Below are positions 19,842 to 29,813 of a DNA stretch of 64,000 nucleotides, one piece after another. This DNA is from Roseivirga sp. GTDB taxonomy: Bacteria > Bacteroidota > Bacteroidia > Cytophagales > Cyclobacteriaceae. The notes under the pieces are model-generated. The model saw nothing but the letters and a program-made list of their open reading frames with translations. It had not been told where the DNA came from and did not search any database. Every line of letters starts with the position of its first letter. Within the stretch, counting starts at the first letter, position 1. The stretch covers positions 2,587 to 66,586 of the forward strand of contig JAGYIY010000004.1 of the NCBI GenBank assembly GCA_018402485.1, written 5' to 3'. The position numbers were made by a program, and so were the translations under genes.

Positions 19842-20228
19842 TTAGTAAAGATACTTTTTCACCAGTTCAATCACTTTATCGTAATCGAGCGGTTTCTGTA
19901 AGTAATCATTCATACCCGCATCGAAAAACTCGGAAACTGGTTTGTTTTTTGCATTTCCCGAAATGCCAATGATGGGGATGTTGGCTTTTTTCTTTTTGAC
20001 CGCTCTAATTTCCTTGGTGGCTTCTAAACCATTTTTTGTTCCAGGCAAATGAATGTCCATTAAAATAAGGTCATAATTACCTTCATTGAAATGATCGATG
20101 CATGATTGCCCATCTTTAACGGCTGTAATTTCGCAATCTTCGAAAGAAAGAACTTTCTTCAATAGGTTTCTGATAACTGAACTGTCCTCAGCAATCAATA
20201 CCTTCTTTTTTTCTTCTGTATTATCCAT
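19842..20228 (-). CDS. Single-domain response regulator (CheY-like)
   Basis: VLIAEDS, DLILMDIHLP (phospho-Asp), ISG, LQKP; likely start is the ATG at 20228. Confidence 0.9.
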   Translation of the reverse strand: MDNTEEKKKVLIAEDSSVIRNLLKKVLSFEDCEITAVKDGQSCIDHFNEGNYDLILMDIHLPGTKNGLEATKEIRAVKKKKANIPIIGISGNAKNKPVSEFFDAGMNDYLQKPLDYDKVIELVKKYLY

Positions 20229-20242
20229 AATTAGTAAATGAT

Positions 20243-20962
20243 TCAAAGTGTGAAATTAATTAAAAAATAATGAGTTGTATCGACAAATTTAATTAAATCT
20301 TCCTTAATCCCATCTTTTTGATTTTCTTTAATCAGCCTTTCAACCTGCTCAGCTGATTCAGCGATTTTTAAAAAGCCCAAAGAAGCTGCGCTGCCTTTCA
20401 TATCGTGCAAAACTTCTGCCTGCTCCTTGTGGCTGGTCATTTCCTTTAGCTTACCCAGTTGGTTTAAAGTAGTGCCCTTAAACTCTTGCATGAGGTCTGC
20501 TAGTTGAGCGCTATCCATGAATTTAAGCAATTCCTGAATCACCTTTTCATTGGGGTCATAACCGTTATTCTCCTGGTTATTCTGATCAAAAGAGGTGTTA
20601 ATCCAGTGATTTAAGGTGCTTTTGACTACGTTTTCTTTAATCGGTTGTGAGATACAATCGTTAAAGCCAAAAGCTAAAATTTGCTGCCTTTGTTCATGTG
20701 TGTGAGAGGAATCACAAACACCTATTATTGGACAAAAATGTTTGAATTTTGTGACAATGCCTTTATAGCTTTCAAACAAACTATGCTGTTCAGTATCAAA
20801 AATTAAAATGACTTGAGGTCTTGAAAGAACCAATTCTTGTAAGAGGTCAGTTAAAGAAATGAACTCTTTTATACGCCATGGATATGCATGCTGATGCTCA
20901 CTTCTGTAAATTGACTTGGCTTCAGGATTTAAAGCCCAAATTTCTTTTTGTAAGACTTCCAT
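20243..20962 (-). CDS. Degenerate receiver plus Hpt domain protein
   Basis: Receiver remnant (PIIGV...GFNDCISQPI) and C-terminal Hpt motif LHDMKGSAASLG. Confidence 0.7.
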   Translation of the reverse strand: MEVLQKEIWALNPEAKSIYRSEHQHAYPWRIKEFISLTDLLQELVLSRPQVILIFDTEQHSLFESYKGIVTKFKHFCPIIGVCDSSHTHEQRQQILAFGFNDCISQPIKENVVKSTLNHWINTSFDQNNQENNGYDPNEKVIQELLKFMDSAQLADLMQEFKGTTLNQLGKLKEMTSHKEQAEVLHDMKGSAASLGFLKIAESAEQVERLIKENQKDGIKEDLIKFVDTTHYFLINFTL

Positions 20963-21001
20963 GTTAAGTAAATGTCAATAATAATATAATTTGCAGACTT
21001 A

Positions 21002-21928
21002 ATGACAACTCATCACCGTAAAAATTATTTGATAACCATTGTAGGACCAACAGCTGTTGGAAAAACGGCTTGTGCTTTGTCCTTGGCAAAATGCTTTTCG
21101 GCAGAAATCATTTCTGCCGATTCCAGACAGTTGTACCGAGAAATGAATGTAGGTACAGCCAAACCTGAAATGCGAGAATTAGAGCAAGTTCCCCATCATT
21201 TCATTAATTCACATAGCATACAGGATGCATGCGATGTTGGTTCCTATGAAAAAGAGTCTTTACAGGTTATTCAGAATGTATTTGATCAGGGTAAGCAGCC
21301 TATTTTGGTGGGTGGTTCCGGCCTGTTCGTTAACGCCGTTTGTCGTGGTTTAGATGACTTACCTCCAAAAAATGAGCGCATCCGTACAAGCCTGAACGAG
21401 CAATATCAGCAGCAAGGATTAGCTCCTTTATTGCAAGAGTTGCAATCGAAAGATCCGGATTATTTTGAAGAAGTTGATCGAGCCAATCCGCAGCGTATCA
21501 TTCGGGCATTGGAGGTAATTAGAACGACGTATCAACCTTTTTCTTATTTTAGACGCAATCAACCTAAACCAAGGCCATTTGAATTGATATCTATAGGTTT
21601 AGATATGCCAAGAGAAACGCTTTACGACCGTATTGACCAACGGATGGATCGGATGATTGCCAAGGGTTTGTTTGAAGAAGCAAAAGTACTTTTTCCTTAT
21701 CGGCAACTCAATGCTTTGCAAACGGTCGGTTATCGTGAGATTTTTGGGTTTTTGGAGGGTAAATATGATAAAGATGAGTCCGTTCGGTTATTGAAAAGAA
21801 ACTCAAGAAGATATGCCAAACGGCAACTGACATGGTTCAAGAAAAATAAATCAACCCAATGGTTTCATCCTGAAGAAAGCCTCAAAATTGAAACATATGT
21901 TTTGTCAAAGCTTACGAAATCCCCATAG
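21002..21928 (+). CDS. miaA: tRNA dimethylallyltransferase
   Basis: GPTAVGKT, SADSRQ, GTAKP, VGGSGL, RRYAKRQLTWF. Confidence 0.96.
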   Translation: MTTHHRKNYLITIVGPTAVGKTACALSLAKCFSAEIISADSRQLYREMNVGTAKPEMRELEQVPHHFINSHSIQDACDVGSYEKESLQVIQNVFDQGKQPILVGGSGLFVNAVCRGLDDLPPKNERIRTSLNEQYQQQGLAPLLQELQSKDPDYFEEVDRANPQRIIRALEVIRTTYQPFSYFRRNQPKPRPFELISIGLDMPRETLYDRIDQRMDRMIAKGLFEEAKVLFPYRQLNALQTVGYREIFGFLEGKYDKDESVRLLKRNSRRYAKRQLTWFKKNKSTQWFHPEESLKIETYVLSKLTKSP

Positions 21929-22321
21929 CCGTGCCACCCAAAGGGTAGGGGATTCTGTAATGTATAGATTGTAGTCACGAATGTTTCCGCGAAGCTGATA
22001 CACCAATTCTTCCACTGATTTTAATGCTTGTCTCAACTCATCTGCATTAGCATCTGAAGATAATTTGTCTAAAAATTGTTTAATCCATAGACTTTCTTTC
22101 TCAAAACCCTCAAATTCTTGCTGAGACCTTGCCTTTAACACGGCGTGCAAGTCTTCAATATTTTGGTCGGATGCAAGCTGGAGTAACAACTCAATCTGTT
22201 GGTTAAACTGTTTCTTGGCCTGTTGAATACTAGTCAAAATACCGCGGATCTTATTCACCGTGTAAATGGTATAAAGAAAACTAGCCCCCAGGAGTGCGAC
22301 AAAAATTGGAATGAAACCCAT
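21905..22321 (-). CDS. Hypothetical membrane-anchored helical protein, LemA-like
   Basis: N-terminal TM helix, coiled coil, C-terminal YN..I...P..WVARLWGF resembling the LemA C-terminus. Confidence 0.45.
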   Translation of the reverse strand: MGFIPIFVALLGASFLYTIYTVNKIRGILTSIQQAKKQFNQQIELLLQLASDQNIEDLHAVLKARSQQEFEGFEKESLWIKQFLDKLSSDANADELRQALKSVEELVYQLRGNIRDYNLYITESPTLWVARLWGFRKL

Positions 22322-22414
22322 GCTTTATGGCGATTGATCGTTTAAATATAGCTGTAAATTTTACCAATCTCTTGTTGGCTACCAAATGATAAAGCACAAT
22401 CTTTACAGATACGC

Positions 22415-23707
22415 ATGGCACAGAAAGAACTTAAACCTGTTTTGATCATTACTTATTACTGGCCTCCTAGTGCAGGTGCGGGCGTTCAACGCTGGTTGAA
22501 GTTTGCCAAATACCTTCCGGAAATGGGCTGGCGTCCTATCATTTTTACACCTGAGAACCCTCAGTTTGATCTCAAGGATGAAAGTTTATTAAAAGACATA
22601 CCATCCGAGGCAGATATCTTAAAGTTCCCAATTTGGGAGCCTTATGCTTTTTTTAAAAAAATCACTGGCATAAAAAAATTAAAGCAAGGTCAGATCCTAG
22701 AGGAAAGGAGAAATGGTTTTTTTAAACAATTGAGCATATTTCTAAGGGGTAATTTATTTGTTCCAGATCCACGTGTTTTCTGGGTGAAACCGGCTTCGAA
22801 ATTTCTCTTGGAAATGATAGAAAGCAATGGAATTGAACACATCGTTACAACCGGCCCACCCCATAGTATGCACTTGATCGGTAGGCGGCTCAAATTGGCC
22901 ATACCAACCCTACGATGGATTGCAGACTTCAGAGATCCATGGACAGAGTGGGATATTTTACAGCAAATGTATATTACACCTCCCATCTGGAAAATCCACC
23001 AGCGTTTAGAGCAAAAAGTGTTAAAAATGGCAGATCAAGTATTGGCCACAGGGGCATCGGCATCTGCTTCATTTTTAGCTTTAGGTGCTCGACATTCTAC
23101 GCATATCACCAATGGCTACGATGCAAAGGATGCGGTATTGGAAGAGAGGGACGAGGCCTTTACTGTTAGTCATGTTGGTATGCTGAGTGCAGACAGAAAT
23201 CCTGAAGTATTATGGGAGCAACTGAATCAATTAGCTGAGCAGACCAAAGGATTTCGCTTGCATTTAGCGGGCTTATTGAGTGCCGAAGTTTTGCGAAGTA
23301 TTCAAAACAATCAGGCTTTGTACACTTCCACGAAGGTAGAGGAATACCTTCCTCATGAGGAGGTTATGAAAAGGTATCAAAGAAGTCATTTGTTGCTTTT
23401 GATGCAAACCAGAGCAAATAGCACCCAATTACCCGGTAAGTTTTTTGAATATCTACAGGCAAAGCGGCCTATTCTATTCATTGGTGATCCACATAGTGAT
23501 GTAGCCCATATTTTGAAGAAAACGCACTCTGGCGAGTGTTTTGCTTACGATGACAGTCTAGGCATCGCTCAATTCTTAGAGGAAAGGTTTGAGGATTTCA
23601 ATAAGCAACGACAATCCTTTTCTTTTCGAGGCATAGAGCGATATGAACGGAAAGCATTGACTAGAAAATTAGCGGATTTATTAGACAGTTTGACAACTAA
23701 GGTCTGA
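22415..23707 (+). CDS. Glycosyltransferase family 4
   Basis: ITYYWPPSAGAGVQRW, TTGPPHS, ADFRDPW, PGKFFEYL. Confidence 0.85.
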   Translation: MAQKELKPVLIITYYWPPSAGAGVQRWLKFAKYLPEMGWRPIIFTPENPQFDLKDESLLKDIPSEADILKFPIWEPYAFFKKITGIKKLKQGQILEERRNGFFKQLSIFLRGNLFVPDPRVFWVKPASKFLLEMIESNGIEHIVTTGPPHSMHLIGRRLKLAIPTLRWIADFRDPWTEWDILQQMYITPPIWKIHQRLEQKVLKMADQVLATGASASASFLALGARHSTHITNGYDAKDAVLEERDEAFTVSHVGMLSADRNPEVLWEQLNQLAEQTKGFRLHLAGLLSAEVLRSIQNNQALYTSTKVEEYLPHEEVMKRYQRSHLLLLMQTRANSTQLPGKFFEYLQAKRPILFIGDPHSDVAHILKKTHSGECFAYDDSLGIAQFLEERFEDFNKQRQSFSFRGIERYERKALTRKLADLLDSLTTKV

Positions 23708-25169
23708 TTTTGCGCCATACATCAGCTAATAATTGATTCATTTCATTCGAGAGTCTTAAAACCAAACTACCGCCTAATAAAATCACTGTGATCATGCTAG
23801 AGCGCACAAAGATGTCGATCCACCTATTTTCTAAATTAGGAAGGAAGTGATTGGCCAAAAGAGTCAGCAACACCAAACCCAGAAAAATCAAGGTTTGACG
23901 ACTGAAAGGTTGCATAGATAGTTTGTATTTGATGAAAATAAACTTGGTCAGGTTAAAGGTGAGCATGGCGCATAAGGAAGCCAAGGCAGCACCTTCTATA
24001 CCCAAAGTAGGAATGAGTAAGAGGTTGAGCAGTATGGTCAATAAGGCTAAAAGAGCTACTGCCAATACATTGAAGCGATAGTATTTGGACATGACAATGA
24101 TCTCTCCATTCGCTCCAAAAGCCATATCACTTAATTTTCCTAGTCCTATCAATAAGACTACACCCATACCGCCTTTGTAAGCATCGGCATTGGGAATGAA
24201 GCTGTAAATATTGTCAAGGTTGGCCCAGATACCGAAGAGCAACAGGCTACCAATGATGATTTGATTGATGGCCGTTTGCCGATAGAGTTTCTGAATGGCA
24301 CCATGGTTTTGCGCACTGAAAGATTTTGAAATCAAAGGGCCGGCCAATTGTGAGATGGCACGCTTTGGTATTTCAATCACAGTACCGATAAAGAAGGCGA
24401 TGGTATAAATACCCGTTTGCTCTAGTCCCAAAGCGCCACTGATCATGATGCTGTCGATTTGTAAAATGATTTGTGTTCCTCCTGCTCCAATAAGCGAAAA
24501 CAGGCCGTAGCTAACTATTTTTTTGAAATTAGAAAAAGAGAGAAAGGAAAAATTGAAACTCCATGAGTGATTATTTTTACTGAAATAGTAAATGACAAGC
24601 CCTAAAAATGCACTGGCATAAACAGCCAGTAAACTGTTCATCAGTCCATGGAAATCAAGAAGCTGGAAACCATAGGCAAACAAAAGTATACTTGTACTCA
24701 ACCGCAAACCTATGTCGCGCAAAAATGTAGGTACAACAATGTTTAATAGGCTACGCGAATAGGCTTCCATCAGTTGAAAAAGAACGATAAGAAGAGAAAT
24801 GAAGAGGGTGAGTTGAAAGAATTCAATGAAGAGGGAAGACTCCTGGGAAAAATAATTTACCAACGGCTTTTGTAGGATAAAGGCAATGAGGAGTAGTAAT
24901 CCGAATCCCACTAATCCACCGAGAAAAAACAAGGGTAAAAAACCTTTTTCTTTTTTGAAATCAGGGAAAAAACGGATCAAGCTTTGTGCTAGCCCCATTT
25001 GCCCAAAGGTAGCCAACAGATAAGCCGAGCTTTGTACCAAACGAAATAAGCCAACTTGTTCAGTTGATAAAAAGTAAGGGTAAAGCCAAAATACATTGAC
25101 ATAACCAATGATCACTCCTATGTAAGCAATGAGTGAAGAACACAGGCTTTGTTTGATAATTATTCCCAT
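23697..25169 (-). CDS. Oligosaccharide flippase (Wzx/MOP family)
   Basis: About 14 TM helices; IDSIMI...GIYTIAF; LIPTLGIEGAALAS. Confidence 0.85.
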   Translation of the reverse strand: MGIIIKQSLCSSLIAYIGVIIGYVNVFWLYPYFLSTEQVGLFRLVQSSAYLLATFGQMGLAQSLIRFFPDFKKEKGFLPLFFLGGLVGFGLLLLIAFILQKPLVNYFSQESSLFIEFFQLTLFISLLIVLFQLMEAYSRSLLNIVVPTFLRDIGLRLSTSILLFAYGFQLLDFHGLMNSLLAVYASAFLGLVIYYFSKNNHSWSFNFSFLSFSNFKKIVSYGLFSLIGAGGTQIILQIDSIMISGALGLEQTGIYTIAFFIGTVIEIPKRAISQLAGPLISKSFSAQNHGAIQKLYRQTAINQIIIGSLLLFGIWANLDNIYSFIPNADAYKGGMGVVLLIGLGKLSDMAFGANGEIIVMSKYYRFNVLAVALLALLTILLNLLLIPTLGIEGAALASLCAMLTFNLTKFIFIKYKLSMQPFSRQTLIFLGLVLLTLLANHFLPNLENRWIDIFVRSSMITVILLGGSLVLRLSNEMNQLLADVWRKIRP

Positions 25170-25891
25170 CCTGGTTTAAGCCAAATACTTGTATCTGTTA
25201 ACCCGGTTGTAGTAAAGATCTTTTCCCAGCTATCTAAGGCATCATGTACAGCCTCATATCTTTTCCGTTCGGAATTATCTAGGACCAAAATACCACCGGT
25301 TTTTAGCTTTGGTATGGCATTCAGCGCACAGCTTCTTCTAGCTCTTCCATCAACCAAAACAAAATCGAAGTATTTGTCGGGGAAAGTCGATATATAAGAG
25401 CTATAAGTTTGGAAAAAATCATCATTCAGCGGATAGTCAGTAGCTGACAAACTAAACTGTTGCTCGCTACTCAGCTTGAAATCTGAGAATGCTGTATCTG
25501 AAGGTATATGCTTAAGCTGAGCATGAGTAATTTTATTACATTTTAGGTCATTTTTCACCTTTTCAAACCAATCTGCATTATGCTCCACACTGTAGTAGGT
25601 CTGAAAAAAAGGTGCAAAAAATAGGGTACTTCTTCCGCTTCCAAATTCAAATCCTTTTTCCTGTTGGTGTAATAAAGCTGACAATGCTTTTATGGCATCG
25701 GGGCAAAGCCATGGGTCGTTTGGATGCTTTTTTTGGTAAAGCTGATACTTTTTCTTTAGTAAAGGTCTTCTGATGCGGTAATTTAAGTAAGCAAGATTAA
25801 ATGCTCTCGGAGCATTGTAATTTTGATTTTGAAAAAGTCTTTCCCCCAAATCTGACTTAACGGTAAGAAAATCTGAAATAGCTATGGGCAT
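25160..25891 (-). CDS. Class I SAM-dependent methyltransferase
   Basis: FEFGSGRST motif I, SVEHN, FDFVLVDG, LKTGGILVLDN. Confidence 0.8.
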   Translation of the reverse strand: MPIAISDFLTVKSDLGERLFQNQNYNAPRAFNLAYLNYRIRRPLLKKKYQLYQKKHPNDPWLCPDAIKALSALLHQQEKGFEFGSGRSTLFFAPFFQTYYSVEHNADWFEKVKNDLKCNKITHAQLKHIPSDTAFSDFKLSSEQQFSLSATDYPLNDDFFQTYSSYISTFPDKYFDFVLVDGRARRSCALNAIPKLKTGGILVLDNSERKRYEAVHDALDSWEKIFTTTGLTDTSIWLKPGWE

Positions 25892-25970
25892 ATCAAAAGG
25901 CGAATCTAATAAATAGCAATTGATTAATCATTTACTTTGATGGTAAAGCTATAAGTTTAAAATTGCCTTC

Positions 25971-27170
25971 ATGAGAATCGCTTTTTTTCTTGACCAGTCT
26001 TTCCCACCCGACTCTAGGGTAGAAAACGAAGCTTTTTCCCTTATTCAAGCAGGTCATGAGGTACATCTTTTTTCATTAAACTACAAAAATCTTACACCGG
26101 AATTTTCCGAAGTGAATGGAATCCTGGTGTACCGTCAACCTGCCGGCAAGCTACTGTATAAATTATCTGCAATGGCATATGCGCTACCTTGGTACCATCA
26201 ATTCCTTAAAGAACCCATTCAAAGGTTTATTGAAAAGGTAAAACCGCAAGTCTTACATGTGCACGACATGCTGATGGCACCTGCTGTAATGGATGTGAAT
26301 GATGCAAATTTTCATTTACCGCTTACCCTCGATTTGCATGAAGATCGACCTGAAATTCTTGCATTTTATCCGCACTTACAAAGATTTCCGGCTAAGTGGT
26401 TGATATCACTAAAAAAGTGGCGTAAAGCGCAAACAGAACTGATTAAGCGAGCTGATAAGGTGGTTTTAGTTACCCCTCAAGCAATAGCCATAGCCAGACA
26501 AGCTACGGGCGAGCCACAAGTAAAATTCATTGCCTTGCCAAATACCATTGTGCCTGAAATTTATCAAAAATACCCGATTGATCAGGATAAAGTGAAAGGG
26601 TTAGCGTCTGAATTCAATATTCTTTATATGGGAGATACGGGGTTGAGAAGAGGGACAGATACAGCCATTCATGCTTTGGCTAAACTCCTAAAAAATATAC
26701 CGGAGGCTCAGTTAATTTTCGTAGGTAAGAGTACTCAAGATACGGTTTTGAAGACGCTAGCAACTCATTTGAATGTACAGGCACATGTATGTTTCGAAGG
26801 TTGGCAAGATGTTTCAAAATTTCCGACTTATGTGCATGCGGCTCACGTGTGTATTTCGCCCTTAAAGCGAAATTTACATCATGATACAACTTTGGCCAAT
26901 AAAATTTTTCAATACATGGCAGGGGGTAAACCTTTGGTGGTAAGCAATTGTCCGGCACAAGTACAAGTAGTTGAAGAAACCCGCGCTGGATTGGTCTTTG
27001 AAGCAGACAATGCACAAGCCTTGGCAGATGCACTACTAATGTTATATCAAAACCCAGAGAAAAGACAATTGCTTGGGGAAAATGGGCTTAAAGCAGTGCA
27101 TGGTCAATACCATTGGGATCAAACGGCCAAGGGTTTAATTGATTATTATACTCAATTAGAAGCGAATTGA
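25971..27170 (+). CDS. Glycosyltransferase family 4
   Basis: FPPDSRVENEA, LHVHD, NKIFQYMAGGKPLVVS; GT-B fold pattern. Confidence 0.85.
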   Translation: MRIAFFLDQSFPPDSRVENEAFSLIQAGHEVHLFSLNYKNLTPEFSEVNGILVYRQPAGKLLYKLSAMAYALPWYHQFLKEPIQRFIEKVKPQVLHVHDMLMAPAVMDVNDANFHLPLTLDLHEDRPEILAFYPHLQRFPAKWLISLKKWRKAQTELIKRADKVVLVTPQAIAIARQATGEPQVKFIALPNTIVPEIYQKYPIDQDKVKGLASEFNILYMGDTGLRRGTDTAIHALAKLLKNIPEAQLIFVGKSTQDTVLKTLATHLNVQAHVCFEGWQDVSKFPTYVHAAHVCISPLKRNLHHDTTLANKIFQYMAGGKPLVVSNCPAQVQVVEETRAGLVFEADNAQALADALLMLYQNPEKRQLLGENGLKAVHGQYHWDQTAKGLIDYYTQLEAN

Positions 27171-27191
27171 AATGCAAGATGCTTGTTCCTG

Positions 27192-29621
27192 CTACTTTCT
27201 TAAATGATAATAAACTGCACCTAAAAAGCTTATTACGACCAAAAAACTCATGATCAACATGATCCATGTTCCGGCTGTGTAAATGGAAGGTGCAAATTCC
27301 ACGGTAATGGTATGCTGTCCTGCCGGGACTACCATTCCTCTCAGCGTGTAGTTGGTAGCTATCATTTTGGCAGGTTCACCATCAATGTTCACCTGAAAAC
27401 CTTTGGGGTAAAAAACCTCTGAAAAAACCACAAATCCATCTCCGGAATTGCTGCTTTTATATTCCCAATAACCCGGGCGGTAGTCGGTGAGCTCTACTTC
27501 ACCCATGGAAAGGGAATTGGGCAAGTTGCTCGCATCTTCTTGATGTATAATGGCCGTATTTTTGGTATCCCGAAGACCAAGGGTCTGTTCAAACACGTCA
27601 TCGACGGTGGCTGCTTTTATAACGTCTTGTGCAAACCATGCGGCTCCGTTGGTCGCATCGTTGGTAATGACGCCATTGGCAGATGAAGGATTTACTATCA
27701 TGAATTTTGTATTCATCATATTCAACAGCGGATAATCTTCAAAATTCACATTACCGTCCTGAATACTTTGTCTGAGTCTTGCATACTCATCAATCAAACC
27801 ATTGTCCATGATTTCTTGGTAACGCCTGATGCGTGCACCATGGTAACCATTCACCAGATGGTGGTGATAGGAGGCTTGCGCACTATAGAATTGTTGGGTC
27901 AAATCGAGCACTCGGTCTCCCAATTGTTTTTGTTGATTAATGGATTGATCTGCTTGGCTGAGGTTGAAAAGGGTAGTACCACCTTGTCTTTGATAATTGG
28001 CATCATCTATAAAGCGACTGCTAACGGTGAGCACTTCTATGCTACCTAAAAACAATAAGAGTAGGGTAAGTACGGTTTCTGATATTTTTTTGAGCGGGGA
28101 AAGGTATAGGAGTACTCCAAAGGCGAGAATGAAACCAGTGGCACGTAGGCTGTCTGCCTTGAACAAACCTTTCCGAGAAGCTTGAACAGCTTCTGCTACT
28201 TCTTTTTGGAGTTGGGTATCAATACCTGAGCGGAAACTGAAAATTCCTGCAAAAAGCCACAACAAAAGAGCGACACCGGCCGTGCTTCCTAAAGCAATGA
28301 ATAGGGCCTTTTGGTCCTTATTATTCCACTTTTGCTGTAGGTATTTTTCTAGCCCTAACATGCCTAACAGACCAATCGAAAAAATAGGCATAATCATGGT
28401 AAAAGTAACGGAACGGAACTTGTTGTAACCGGGGAAATAATCGAACATCAGCTCATTAAAAGCCGGAAAATTTCTACCGTAACTTAGGGCAATCCCTAAT
28501 ATGCCAACGGTAACAGTCCAAACCACATACTTTCTTTCAACAAGGATGCACCCCAAAACAAAGAGAAAAACCATGATGGCACCTGCATAGTAAGTTGTGG
28601 GCGATTCCTTTCCCCAATAGGTAGGTACCCCCCTCAGGTATTGTTGAATCTGTGCATTATTGGCACCACTTTGAATGAGTAAGTCGGCTAACTCAGAGTC
28701 TTGTGGAAATGGCCCATTACCTCCCAAAGCATTTGGAATAAACAAAGTAAACGGATCCCACAAACCGTTGGAGTACTGAAAGGCATAAGACTTAGACAAG
28801 CCATCACTATTCATTTCTGCATTGTCTTGCTGGCTTAGTTCGGATGCTCCTCGGTTGGAATATTTACCGTATTCATAGGTAGCATAAAATTCTCCAAAGA
28901 AAGTTCCGATGGCCATAATTGCCGCTGCTATTAATAGCAATAACCGATGCCCGAAAGCCTTTAACGTTCCATTTTTATACGCCTCATACAGGTGTATGGC
29001 TCCATAAATCAATAAAATAAATGCCAAATAATAAGTGATTTGCAGGTGATTGACCCTTAATTGCATGGCCAAGGCCAATGCGGTAAGTGCGGCTCCAAGC
29101 CATTTGTACCGATGGAAACAAAGCTGTACCCCACCCAGCACCAACGGCATAAAAGAGACAGCTGAAATTCGCGCATTGTGCCCCGCTGTTAGCCCAATGA
29201 TTTGATAGGAGGAAAAACCAAAAGCAATGGCTCCAAGAATAGCAAGATAAGGCCTGACCTTAAAGCACAAAAGCATGATGTAAAAGGAGAGCATGCTCAC
29301 ATAAATGATGCGCACGGGGTGCGGCAGCCCCAAAGCATAGATGGAATGCATGGTTTTAATCAGCTCATTTCCCCACTTGACACTAATCAAATAGGCAGGC
29401 ATACCTCCAAAAATAGAGTTCGTCCATAGGCCTTCTTCACCGGTTTCATTTCGGTATTCAATCAATTCCTGGGCACTGGCTCGCCATTGCACAATATCGC
29501 TTTGGACCACCGTCTTTTGTTCGAAGAACACCGGCTGGAAAAAGATAAGTGTAATGATCAAAAAGACCGCCAAGGCAATCAAATGAGGTAGAATATCTTT
29601 CTGAAAAATAATTTTTTTCAT
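27192..29621 (-). CDS. YfhO-family polytopic membrane protein (GT-C-like)
   Basis: QSDIVQW, WTNSIFGGMP, NHLQITYY, PGYNKFRS, GYHGA, VFSEVFYPKG; many TM segments. Confidence 0.85.
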   Translation of the reverse strand: MKKIIFQKDILPHLIALAVFLIITLIFFQPVFFEQKTVVQSDIVQWRASAQELIEYRNETGEEGLWTNSIFGGMPAYLISVKWGNELIKTMHSIYALGLPHPVRIIYVSMLSFYIMLLCFKVRPYLAILGAIAFGFSSYQIIGLTAGHNARISAVSFMPLVLGGVQLCFHRYKWLGAALTALALAMQLRVNHLQITYYLAFILLIYGAIHLYEAYKNGTLKAFGHRLLLLIAAAIMAIGTFFGEFYATYEYGKYSNRGASELSQQDNAEMNSDGLSKSYAFQYSNGLWDPFTLFIPNALGGNGPFPQDSELADLLIQSGANNAQIQQYLRGVPTYWGKESPTTYYAGAIMVFLFVLGCILVERKYVVWTVTVGILGIALSYGRNFPAFNELMFDYFPGYNKFRSVTFTMIMPIFSIGLLGMLGLEKYLQQKWNNKDQKALFIALGSTAGVALLLWLFAGIFSFRSGIDTQLQKEVAEAVQASRKGLFKADSLRATGFILAFGVLLYLSPLKKISETVLTLLLLFLGSIEVLTVSSRFIDDANYQRQGGTTLFNLSQADQSINQQKQLGDRVLDLTQQFYSAQASYHHHLVNGYHGARIRRYQEIMDNGLIDEYARLRQSIQDGNVNFEDYPLLNMMNTKFMIVNPSSANGVITNDATNGAAWFAQDVIKAATVDDVFEQTLGLRDTKNTAIIHQEDASNLPNSLSMGEVELTDYRPGYWEYKSSNSGDGFVVFSEVFYPKGFQVNIDGEPAKMIATNYTLRGMVVPAGQHTITVEFAPSIYTAGTWIMLIMSFLVVISFLGAVYYHLRK

Positions 29622-29783
29622 ACGAATGGTGAGATTGAAGGCACAATATCTTGATAAGCAAACGAATAGAAAAGTGTAAGCGGAATTTTATCTGCTCAGT
29701 GTTTCATCTTTTCTACCAAATTATTACAAATAAACCAATTCATTTTTCCAATATACTATCCTTTCAAAGCCCCTAGAATTGAC

Positions 29784-29791
29784 TATTTTTG
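29784..29791 (+). promoter_or_regulatory. -7 promoter element (TATTTTTG) for ffh
   Basis: TAnnTTTG 22 nt upstream of the ffh ATG. Confidence 0.5.
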
Positions 29792-29813
29792 CAATCCAAA
29801 GATTTAGATTACC

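Noticed and set aside
29622-29813. Possible SRP RNA or structured RNA upstream of ffh (TAGAAAAG...CTTTTCTA pairing)
   Set aside because: Lacks the SRP domain IV CAGG-GNRA-AGCA motif; pairing is weak and interrupted.
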